From the human T2T-CHM13v2.0 reference genome, Homo sapiens: a DNA stretch of 64,000 bases. The stretch's first letter is position 1. Each line of letters starts with the position of its first letter. Of this stretch, positions 1 to 11,703 are shown piece by piece. The notes under the pieces were generated by a model, which worked only from the letters and a program-made list of their open reading frames with translations, made no database searches and had not been told where the DNA came from. The stretch is from NCBI RefSeq assembly GCF_009914755.1, contig NC_060940.1; one strand, 5' to 3'. Both the position numbers and the translations under genes were made by a program.

Positions 1-1620
1 AGTAGAGCAATTAGGAAGGAAAAGAAACAAAAGTGATACAAATCGGAAAGAAGAAGTAAAATTGTCCATCTTCGCAGACAACACAATCTTATATAAACAG
101 AAAATCCTTAATACTCCATTTTAAAAAAAGTTAGAAATCATAAACAATTTTGGTAAAGTTACAGGATACAAAATCAACAAACAAAAATCAGTGTTTTTTT
201 CTGTACAGTAACAATGAACTGTCTAAAAAGGAAATTAGAAAAACAATCGCAATTATAATGGCACCAAAAGAAATAAAATGCCTAACACTAACACTAAACT
301 TCACTAAGGCGGTATGTCTTAGTCTGTTCTCGTACTGCTATAAAGAACTACCTGAGACTGGGTAATTTATAAAGAAAAGAAGTTTAATTGATTCACAGTT
401 CCACATGCCTGGGGAGGCCTCAGGAAACTTACAATCATGGTGGAAGGGGAAGCAGGCACATCTTACACAGAAGCAGGTGAGAGAGAGAGATTGTGTGTGA
501 GAAGGAGAACTGTCAAGCACTTGTATAACCATCAGATCTTGTGATAACTCACTATCGTGAGAACAGCATGGGGGAATCTGCCCCCAAGATCCAATCATCT
601 CCCACCAGGTCCCTCCCTGGACACATGGGGATTATGGGGATTATAATTTGAGACAAGATTTGAATGGGGACACAGAGCCAAACCATATCATAGGTAAAAG
701 AAAGACCTGTACATGGAAAACTACAAAATATTGATGAAAAAATTAGACAAAGCACACACAAATGGGAAGTCCTCCTGTGTTGATGGATTGGAAGATATAA
801 TAGTGTTAACATGTTCATGCTATGGAAGATGATCTACAAATTCAATGCAGTCTCTCTCAAAACCACAATGTTATTTTTCACGGAAATAGAAAATAAAATT
901 CTAAAAATCCTGTGAAATCATGAAAGACCACAAAATAGCCAAATCATTTTTGAAAAAGAAGAACAAAGCTAGAAGCATCAAATTTCCTGATTTCAAAATA
1001 TATTACAAAGCTGCAGTAATAAAAACATAATTGTAGTAGCACAAAGACAGACAAATAGATGAATGGAACAGAGTGGAGGGCCCATAAATAAATTCATGCA
1101 TTTACAGTCAACTGTTCTCTGATAAAGGGCCCAAGAACACCCAATGAGGAAATAATAGTCTTTTCAAAATAACGGTATTGGGAAAACTGGATATCTGCAT
1201 GCAAAGGAATGGAATTAGAACCTTATCTTGCACCACAAACAAAAATCAACTCAAAATGAATTAAAGACTGAAATATAAGACCTGAAACTGTAAGACCTCT
1301 AGAATAAAACATAAGGGAAAATTTCATGATGTTGGTTTTAGCAATGACCTTGTGAACAAGACACCAAAAACACATATGAGAAAAACAAAAATAAACAAGT
1401 AGAATGATATCAAACTGAAAAGTTCTGCACAGTAAAAGAAACAAACAGTAATAGAGTGAAAAGGCAACCTACAGAATGGGAGAACATAGTTGCAAATCAC
1501 TCATCTGCTAAGGGGTTAATCTCTGAAATATATAAGGGACTCTTACAACTCAATAGTAAAAAAAAATTTAATAACAATTAAAAATGGGCTATAACCTTGA
1601 ATAGACACTTCTCAAAGAAG
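1..1620 (+). mobile_element. Old L1 (L1MA/L1PB-like) ORF2 fragment, interrupted by a THE1 LTR at 315-690
   Basis: Degenerate ORF2 RT-to-C-terminal DNA (ttcgcagacaacacaatc at the FADD motif; gaacaaagctagaagcatc; aaaatcaactcaaaatg; aatagacacttctcaaagaag) that resumes after the LTR; no open frame. Confidence 0.85.
315..690 (-). mobile_element. THE1 (probably THE1D) ERVL-MaLR solo LTR
   Basis: Termini tgtcttagtc...aaaccatatca; diagnostic gagactgggtaatttataaagaaaaga and ggggaggcctcaggaaacttacaatcatgg. Confidence 0.9.
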
Positions 1621-2589
1621 GCATGGATATATTTGTACAACAACTTGAAGTCTATAAATTCCATGAAGGATAGGACAGAAAACCTCTATCTAAAACACTT
1701 AATATGACTGGGACTTAGCATTCAATGAACACTTTATGAATGAATGAATTATTAAATTAATTAGAGTATTACAGTGGGCAAATATAAAACAGCTCCCCAA
1801 GAAAGATGTTCTCAGTGCAGTGCTCCACACTGCGATTTGAAGCTCGCCTTCACAAACGTGGCTTTGTAATCCCCAGATAATACTTTCTGCTTGTATCTGA
1901 CAGCCCCCAGTCCTTTGCAGAAAATGCTACACCCTTCATGAGCCCCAGTACTCTGTTCTGGCATCCTGACAGCCCTAGATTTAAATCAATAAAATTTTCC
2001 AGCATCTACTAACAGTTGAAGACTGAAAAAAGTCCATTTTACTGCTGAAAATACAAGCTTCATAATGAGGTAAAAACTTGATGTTGTGGATAATGTGTTC
2101 ACTTAACCTCTGCTAAGGGCAAAATATGTGATTTATTGATTTTGATTTTCTAATAAAAAATTATGTTACCTTTTCATAAGCAACTTATTACCAGATGCTG
2201 GGGTCTTGGGTCCCATAAACAAAGATTATGCTTAAAATATATCAAAAGGAGAATTTCAATATAAAAATCAATAAAAATATGGAAAAAGCAAAATGAATCA
2301 AGATCAAAAGCAATTTCTTCTTGGGACATTGTAATAACATTTATTTTTAAAAAATCCTCAACTCATTGCCTGATCCTGAACAAAGTAGTAGAATAATAGT
2401 GGTAGAAAAATTAACAAAACCAATATAATAGTAAATAATGACAACAGTAATAATAGCAGCTTCCACTTTTTGAGCACTCATTGCACATCAGGTGCTGGGA
2501 TGGAAGCTCAGATTACTACAGAGAACAAATTACACGTAGATTCTAATGCATTCTAGGCAGGAGACTTGACTTTTTAACATAAATTATCA

Positions 2590-2735
2590 TATTTAATACA
2601 GCAATCCTTGGGGGGTCTGTATTTTAATGACTGTATTTTAGAATGAGAAAGTAGAAGCTCAGAGATATCAATTCACCTGTGCCAAATCACAGCTAATACA
2701 TGCTGCAATCTAGATGATATTTGAACTCCAAATTT
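2590..2735 (-). mobile_element. MIR SINE fragment
   Basis: attttagaatgagaaagtagaagctcagaga...atcacagcta resembles the MIR core. Confidence 0.55.
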
Positions 2736-4986
2736 AATGATCATTCCTATAAACCTTACTGCTCCTCACAAACACCGAAAAACACCAAAAAATATTCCAT
2801 CAACCACCTGGCCAATTGGTGAAGATTTAATTATTTTTGAGGAGAATTGTAGGTCTTCTTTATTTTTATTTTTCAAAGTGGATCATCCCCAGGGTGATCC
2901 TCAGCTATTGCTCAGGCTAGATTTAATAAGTGCTGGCATTTACATTTTTGCATGATAGTGGGGACTATACCACCGAAAGCCAGGGATTACTTTTTGTGAG
3001 CTACATTTAATCAAAAGTGATCCATAATTTCAAGCTCCAATGCCTTCCACCATGTTATTAACTAGACAGTTGTTCACTGTGAAGCCTCCTCACTCAGGTT
3101 TAAAATGTGGTGTGTGATATGCTGAGAGACTTCTCTTTGCCACCTCCCAAATGGCTGCCCTTTTTAAAAGCTCAAGAAATAATTTTATCCTTTGGTTTCT
3201 TACTCTTCCCTAAGTATTACAGATGAGTTGAAAAATATTAGACTTACTAGTGAGGATTTTCTTAGACAAAGTAGTTTGTTATATGTTTGTGAACATACAT
3301 GAATGTGTATCTATATGTGTGTTTCAGGAAGGAACATTATTATCAAAACATAAAGTTTCCCCCCACCTACCTCTGAGCACCCATCCTGTCCAGTCCATTG
3401 TTCCAAACAGAATTTCTTAACTCCCAGCAAAGGGAGATATTGTAACTAACTGACTAAAATAGATCAAGGAGTATTATTAAATCAATCATGTCAATTATGA
3501 GATAAAGGGTACATATTCTATTTTCTCCCCTATGGCAACATAAGCATCAGAATTGATGTTTTATCAAGAAAAAGTAGAACAACAGATAAATTCTAAAGCC
3601 ATGAAACGGTGTGAACACTCAGAACATTTTTAGATTATACAGCCACCTCTAAGCTCAGTCTCTCTTCCTCTCTCCCTCCCTCTCTCTTCCTTTCTTCCTT
3701 CCTTCCTTTTTTCCTTCTTTCACTGTCTTGCTATTTCCTGCCATTTTATTTATATATGTAATTTTTTATGTCTTAGGTCTACTTTTCTCCAGGACTTAAG
3801 AGAGTGGTTTTTATCATAGAATGGAAAATAAAATAACCAAAGCACTAGCCACAAGGGAAACAGCACTCCCGAATGCCACCTGGAGAAATGGTTGGCTCTA
3901 TTTTGAGGATGAGCTGGGAATCAATGGGGCAAGAAAAGTAAAAATTGAGCATAAACAGGATAACTTGCAGAGACTGTCCTTATTGCCTCTGTCTTCTCTC
4001 ATCCCCAGTTGGAGTGTTGCTGCTGGGCTTATACAACCAGGAGCAAATACGTGGCCCATTTGAAATCCTATAATGAAGACAATGGTGGGAAATTGGAACC
4101 TAGTACTTCTTTCAAGGGCAGTGTTTGGATGTGGATGCCATGGGGTTTGAATACTGTTTTTGTAGATGAAAGCTTGGAGAAATTCCTAAGTTTCTGTTTG
4201 TCACCTGCAAGATATTTTTTTGAAAGAAATAAATACTGTATAGGCAAAAGTGATTAATTAGATTGATGAGAAATTGGCAAGTGCAATAAAAAAGAAAAAG
4301 TGATGGTTAAACTTTTGGCTTATCAAAATTTTTAAAAATCATTTGTGCCAAGGCAAAATATCTTTATTTTCCCTAAGCATAAGTCATCTGGGTATTTAGA
4401 GATACTGGATTAATTCAGTTCACTGTATTATGATACTTCAGCTCAGTCTGGCAATGAAGACAGACATATTGGTTGTCATTAGTTACCAGTAAGACATTTC
4501 ATGAAAGAAATAAAGACTGTATAGGTAGAAGTGATTACATAGAAAGGTAGCTTTTAGTTCACTTCATTTGTCAGCTCCTGATGTTTTCCTGCCGAATCTT
4601 CAGGCAGCCAAGTATAGTAAAATAGTAGTAGTAGTAGCAGTTTATGGTGTTTTCTTAAAATAAAATATACTTTAGATTGTCAGCCCAGGGTCAATCTTGG
4701 GCTCAAAATTTTGAATTAAATTACTCTCCTGAATAATGACCTTCCCTTAGGGTTGACAGAGAAGGTCTTTTGCCAGAAAAGAAGATTTTGAAGTTAGAAA
4801 GGTCTTGTCTGTTGCATCCTGGCTTGATACTGGAACACTTCATTGATTCTGGCTATATTCTTCTTCCATAAAATTTCTTTATGGCCACAAATATACTCAG
4901 TCTTGATTTCTAACTCTGTCTGCATTCCATCCTTCTTACTGACTGTTTAGTGACTATATATATTTGTATTTATATAATTGTACGTG

Positions 4987-4995
4987 CACACACAA

Positions 4996-5028
<33 letters not shown>
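4987..5028. repeat. (CA)n/(TA)n microsatellite
   Basis: Direct reading. Confidence 0.95.
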
Positions 5029-5029
<1 letters not shown>

Positions 5030-5590
5030 TATTGTGCTGATGAGCAACATTAATTGTAAGATAGGCAATGTTAAGACAGAAACAATGTAAAGGGGGCAGA
5101 GGATGTGAAAACTCAGCACCAGTCAGTCTTAGCTAGGTGAATTTTGCAGAACTCTTTCCCTGTGGTTACGTTTTCAGTTGCCTCCTCATACCACTATTAA
5201 TTTCTATGGTTCTTTGAGAGAAATAGCATCCCACTGACAAGTAACATTGAAAGAACTTAGGCTCTTCCAAGCTCAATTATAAACTTTTGGTATTGATACT
5301 GGATTAGAAGCTTAGACTACGTAGGGCATTTGAGGGATTTGGAGGCTGAACAAGAAAAAAATATAGGACCACAAGAGGCAGTTGTGTACAAAAAACTTCA
5401 CTGGGCAATGCTCAAACATGGTCACATGAGAGGGGTGTCCCTTTATGGCAGGGGGCCATCCAGAGGCTTATAGTGACAGGGCCAGAAGGAGAGATTGGTA
5501 AGGAAACTCCAGAGAGATAGGGGGATGAAAGCAGCATAATAGGGAGTTTGTCTTTGTCAGAGAACTCTGAAGGGTAATAGTGGCTTAAAG

Positions 5591-6071
5591 CAGGGGTCCC
5601 CAGTCCCCAGGCCGCATACCAATGGCAGTCCAGGGACTGTTAGGAACCAGTCCACAGAGCACAGGGTAAGTGGCAGATGAGTGAAGCTTCATCTGTATTA
5701 TCAGCCGCTCCCCATGGCTTGTGTCACTGCCTGAGCTCCACCTCCTGTCAGATCAGTGGTAGAGGGAACTAGGTCGCATGCTCCTTGTGAGAATCTAATG
5801 CCTGATGATCTTTCACTGTCTCCCATCACCCATGATCTCCCATCATCAATCTAGTTGCTGGAAAACAAGCTCAGGGCCCCCATTGACTCTACATTATGGT
5901 GAGTTATATAATTATTTCATGATATGTTACAAGGGAATAATAATATAAATAATGTGTGCAATAAATGTAATGTCATTGAATCATCCCAAAACCATCCCCC
6001 TTCCCCCATTCTTGGAAAATTTGTCATCCATGAAACTGGTCCCTGGTGCCAAAAAGGTTGGCCGACTGCTG
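5591..6071 (+). mobile_element. MER1A hAT-Charlie DNA transposon (non-autonomous)
   Basis: Termini caggggtcccc...aaggttggccgactgctg; internal gaagcttcatctgtatt, gagaatctaatgcctgatgatct and gaaactggtccctggtgccaaaaaggttgg. Confidence 0.85.
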
Positions 6072-6189
6072 GGTTATATTATTAAAACCACAAACCTCTC
6101 TCTTATTAATGGCCAACAGATGCAGCAGAAGATTTTGTTGAGTACACAAAGCAGATAGTCTCTAAATGACTAAAAGTCTACTTATTTGG

Positions 6190-6925
<736 letters not shown>

Positions 6926-7561
6926 ATTATATTTAAAACAATAGGGAACATAAAATTTTCTATTTGGTTATGGCAGGCTTGTGAACTAACAGGTATTAAT
7001 TTGCAGTGAAGAAATAACCTAGGGGGTAATACCTACAGACTATTGTTTGGCTCATTTATAAAATAGATTGCCACGAAGAACTAAGAGTATCAAAAACCAA
7101 GAGCAGTTTTCTGGACAAGGCACATGAAAAGGTCTTCTGTTTCTTTTGTTGTGTAAATTTTTAAGAAAAAAAAGAAGAGGACCAGAATTTGAAGAAAGCT
7201 GGGTTGACATAATTATTGAATCTTTGTTAAATGAGCCTTATCTGAATAATATTTGAGCAGAACATGGGATGAGTCTTAAGATATTGTTAATACTGGATGA
7301 TGAATAACACCCCCTAAAATTTTCCTAATAAAATAATCATGCCATATTTACCTAAGATTCCAAAAGGCTCAGGCTACTAAAAGTATCTAGGGAGTAGTAA
7401 CACTTAGTACTCAAATGACCTTAACAACTTAGTCCCACCTACCCTTTCTGTTAGTTTTCTATCAGTGTGCATCAAACAACCTGCCTTCCAGTCTCCCAAA
7501 AGAACCCAGAGGATTTGTTATTGTTTTATTTCTTTCGTTGTTGGTTTTGCTTTAAATAATC

Positions 7562-7876
7562 TTTTTATTTTAATTTTATTTATTTATTTATTTTTGAGAC
7601 AGAGTTTTGCTCTTGTTGCCCAGGCTGGAGTGCAGTGGCACAATTTTGGCGCACTGCAACCCCTGCCTCTGGGTTCAAATGATTCTCCTGCCTCAGTCTC
7701 CTGAGTAACTGGAATTACAGGCATGTGTCACCACGCCAGGTTAATTTTGAATTTTTAATAGAGACAAAGTTTCACCATGTTGGTCAGGATGGTCTCGAAC
7801 TCCCAACCTCAGGTGATCCACCTGCCTCAGCCTCCCAAAGTGCTGGGATTACAGGCGTGAGCCACTGCACCTAGCC
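7562..7876 (-). mobile_element. AluS (Sq/Sp/Sx-like)
   Basis: Full dimer; gctcttgttgcccagg; acctcaggtgatcc; TSD taaataatcttt/taaacaatcttt. Confidence 0.95.
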
Positions 7877-7963
7877 TAAACAATCTTTAAGCTAACCAAT
7901 CTATCCATGCTGTCTAGAGATGCCCTAATGCATCCTACTTGGTAGATGGTGAATAGTGATAGA

Positions 7964-8253
7964 TTTCTTTTCCTTTTCCTTCCTTCCTTCCTTCCCTCCC
8001 TCCTCCCTCTCCTTCCTTCCTTTCCTTCCTTCCCTCCTTCCTTCCTTCCCTCCCTTCCTCCTTCCTTCCCTCCTTCCTTCTTTCCCTCCCTCCTCCCTCT
8101 CCTTCCTTCCTTCCCTTCTTCCTTCCTTCCTTCCCTCCCTCCCTCTCCTTCCTTCCTTCCCTTCTTCCTTCCTTCCTTCCCTCCCTCCCTCTCCTTCCTT
8201 CCTCTCTCTCTTTTCTTGTCTTTCCTTCCTTCCTTCCTTCCTTCTTTCTTCTT
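7964..8253. repeat. Polypyrimidine (TTCC/TCCC)n tract, the expanded tail of the adjacent AluJ
   Basis: No purine from 7964 to 8217; lies inside the TSD agatttct (7961/8511) together with the Alu. Confidence 0.95.
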
Positions 8254-8510
8254 GACAGTCTCATGCTGTCACTCAGAGTCGAGTGCAGTGACCTTAACCT
8301 CCTGGGATCAAGCAACCCTCTCACCTCACCCCCCGAGTAGCTGGGGCTTCAGGTGTACACCACCAGGCCTAGCTAATTTTATTTTATTTTTGTAGAGATG
8401 GGGTTTCACCATGTTGTCCAGGCTGATCATGAACACCTGGCCTCAAGCCATCCTCCCACAATGGCCTCCCAAACTGCTGAGATTACAGGCATGAGCCACC
8501 CTACTTGGCC
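8251..8510 (-). mobile_element. AluJ
   Basis: Diverged dimer; ggcctcaagccatcctccc; ends cttggcc followed by TSD agatttct. Confidence 0.88.
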
Positions 8511-9134
8511 AGATTTCTCATTAATGTATCAAGAAAAAATTATGTTACCTGCTTTGTAAAGTTTTCTCTGAAGTTCCCAGGCAAAATGAATAAATATGTC
8601 TTCTATATTTCCATAGAATTTTGCCTGTGATATTACCAAGGACATTTTATGCTTCATGTTATAATTTTTTTTTCTATATTGTAGGCTCCCCTCATCCTAT
8701 ACCTTTAAGAGAATGCCTCTCATAATGTTAATTCTCTTTGAGTTAGAGCAAGGTCTGACACACAAAGGTGCAAAATAAAGGTTTGCTAGATTAATAAAGT
8801 ATGTATATTGTTTTTACTAACTTTGCTAAATGTTTAGCTGTCTTAATGAAATATGAATGTGGTAACTTGTGCTAAAGGAGAATGTCAAAAGTGATTAATA
8901 ATAATTATTAATTTATCATAAGAATATATATTCAAATTAGTAAAAAGTTAAAACAAATTCTTACAAAAGGCATGAATGAATTTCAAAATGTGTGAAAAGT
9001 CTGAGATTATTGCAGAATTCTATTATTCATTTTTGATTATCTGGTGAAGGTAGAACTAATGGCCCAGAATGTTCTGTCCCACAGTTCAGTGAGGAAGATT
9101 CTTTTGGGTGGTACACAACATTCTTCGTGTCATA

Positions 9135-9524
9135 ATATCACGTGTTCTCTCCTACATGTGAGAGCCAAAAAAGTTGATCTCATGAAGGTAAAGAGTAGAC
9201 TGATGGTTACCAGAGGCCAAGAAGAGTAGAGGTAATAGGGGATGAAAACAAGATGGTTATTATGTAGAAAACTACAGCCAGATAGAAGGAATAAGTTCTA
9301 GTGTTTGATGGTACAATAGACTGACAATAGTTAACAATGATTTAATGCGTATTTTAGGATAGCTAGAAGAGAACATTTGGAATGTTCTCAGCACAAAGAA
9401 ATAATAAATATTTGAAGTTATTAATATTCTAATTACTTTGATTTGATTATATGCATGTATCAAAATATCACATTTACCTCATAAATATGTACAATTATTA
9501 TATAGCAATAAAAAATAAAATAAA
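9135..9524 (+). mobile_element. L1MA-type 3' UTR
   Basis: aaagttgatctcatgaaggtaaagagtagactgatggttaccagagg...gatagaaggaataagttctagtgtt...ataaatatgtacaattatt plus A-rich tail. Confidence 0.85.
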
Positions 9525-10211
9525 GTTTCACATACTTAAGAAAAATTATCCAGGTTACGAAAAACCAATGTCACTGGAATTTGCCTCTAAGAGACATTGG
9601 ACAATTGTTGGAATAATGGAAAAAGTCACTCAGGGGCATGTCTATTTCAGCATATAATAGGCCTGAATAAATTCTCTCCTGCACATGCTACTTCTAGATT
9701 TTCTTTTACTTTACACCATCTGTTGGTCTGCATTCCATGTTGCTTTTTGCATCCTTTTGGAAGGCATAAGCAGTACACCTGCCTCACAGATGTTCCAAGG
9801 CTCAACCAGACACCCAGATGCAAAACTGATGAAAAGAGAATTGGCCAAATTTGAGGTGAATAAAAAAATATTGAATGCAATTAGAAAATTTTCATGCATA
9901 CAGAGAATAATCAGGAAAACTTATTAAAGATCTGCAGCTTTATTAATTGTTAGGCTATGAATTAATTTTTAGTACAATGAACTGTCTCTTTTTTTGTTAT
10001 ACAGAATTAATTTCTGGTCCACCTCACCTGATCCCAGGGAGAAAAAATCTTGGAGCAGAGCTGGTAATGTATTTAAGATGCCAGAGGTGGTCCCTCTGGA
10101 GTGGCTGCTGAGAAGAAACTGGCTGAAGTGGGGGGTGTGGCCAGAGTTGTGCGCTCCACAAGGCCAGCGGGAGCCCACACTTCTGGGCACAGCTGCAGCT
10201 CCAGACCCAGG

Positions 10212-11703
10212 TGAGAGGTGACAGCATGAGGGCAGCCCTCACAGCCCTCGCTCGCTCTCGGCGCCTCCTCTGCCTGGGCTCCCACTTTGGCGGCACTTGA
10301 GGAGCCCTTCAGCCCGCCGCTGCACTGTGGGAGCCCCTTTCTGGGCCGGCCAAGGCCGAAGCCGGCTCCCTCAGCTTGCAGAGAGGTGTGGAGGGAGAGG
10401 CGCGAGCGGCAACCGAGGCTGCGCGCGGCGCATGCGGACCAGCTGGAGTTCCGGGTAGGCGTGGGCTTGGCGGGACCCGCACTCGGAGTGGCGGGCTGGC
10501 CCTGCCGGCCCGGGCAATGAGGAGCTTAGCACCCGGGCCAGCGGCTGCGGAGGGTGTGCTGGGTCCCCCAGCAGTGCCGGCCTACCGGCGCTGCGCTCGA
10601 TTTCTCCCCGGGCCTTAGCTGCCTTCCCGCGGGGCAGGGCTCGGGACCTGCAGCCCTCCATGCCTGAGCTACCCCCGCCTCCGTGGGCTCCTGTGCAGCC
10701 GGAGCCACCCCGACGAGCGCCGCCCCCTGCTCCAGGGCGCCCAGTCCCATCGACCACCCAAGGGCTGAGGAGTGCGGCCGAAGGCTCGGGACTGGCAGGC
10801 AGCTCCACCTGCAGCCCCAATGCGAGATCCACGGGGTGAAGCCAGCTGGGCTCCTGAGTCTGGTGGGAACTTGAAGAACGTTTATGCCTAGGTAAGAGAT
10901 TGTAAATACACCAATCAGCACTCTGTCTCTAGCTCAAGGTTTGTAAACACACCAATCAGCACCCTGTGTCTGGCTCAGGGTTTGTGAATGCACCAATGGA
11001 CACTCTGTATCTAGCTACTCTGGTAGGGACTTGGAGAACTTCTATGTCTAGCTAGGGGATTGTAAACACACCAATCAGCACCCTGTCTAGCTCAGGGTTT
11101 GTGAATGCACCAGTGGACGCTCTGTATCTAGCTACTCTGGTGGGGCTTAGAGAACCTTTGTGTCTAGCTCAGGGATTGTAAATGCACCAATCAGAGCCCT
11201 GTCAAAACAGACCACTCGGCTCTCTGTAAAATGGACCAATCAGCAGGATGTGGGTGGGGCCAGATAAGAGAATAAAAGCAGGCTGCCTGAGCCAACAGTG
11301 GCAACTTGCTCGGGTCCCCTTCCACACTGTGGTAGCTTTGTTCTTTCGCTCTTTGCGATAAACCTTGCTGCTGCTCCCTCTTTGGGTCCACACTGCTTTT
11401 ATGTGCTGTAATACTCACCGTGAAGGTCTGCACCTTCACTCCTGAAGCCAACGAGACAATGAACCCACCGGGAGGAACAAACAACTCCAGACGCACCACC
11501 TTCAGAGCTGTAACACTCACCAGGAAGGTCTGCAGCTTCACTTCTGAGCCAGCGAGACCCCGAACCCACCAGAAGGCTGAACACATCCGAACATCGGAAG
11601 AACTCTGGACACGCTGCGTTTAAGAACTGTAACACTCACCGCGAGTGTCCGCGGCTTCATTTTTGAAGTAGGTGAGACCAAGAATCCACCAATCCCAGAC
11701 ACA
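10212..11703 (+). mobile_element. LTR12C (ERV9) full-length solo LTR
   Basis: Starts tgagaggtgacagc and ends ccaatcccagacaca; CpG-rich U3, ~40-bp CCAAT repeats, U5 tgtaacactcacc repeats; TSD cagg/caag. Confidence 0.95.
10900..11310 (+). promoter_or_regulatory. LTR12C enhancer/promoter: NF-Y CCAAT array, GT/GC box, GATA site, AATAAA TATA-like box
   Basis: CCAAT at 10911, 10952, 10993, 11071, 11187 and 11236; gggtggggc 11252; agataag 11262; aataaaa 11271. This is the known ERV9 LTR promoter layout. Confidence 0.75.

Noticed and set aside
5300-5590. Possible old LTR fragment upstream of MER1A
   Set aside because: Could not assign a family or boundaries from sequence alone
7935-8395. ORFs of 129, 149 and 99 aa (PSFL-rich or RKEG-rich)
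   Set aside because: Translations of the stop-free CT simple repeat and Alu
10880-11240. Regularly spaced ~40-bp repeats resembling a CRISPR or novel array
   Set aside because: These are the known tandem CCAAT enhancer repeats of LTR12/ERV9 U3; there are no unique spacers and the DNA is eukaryotic
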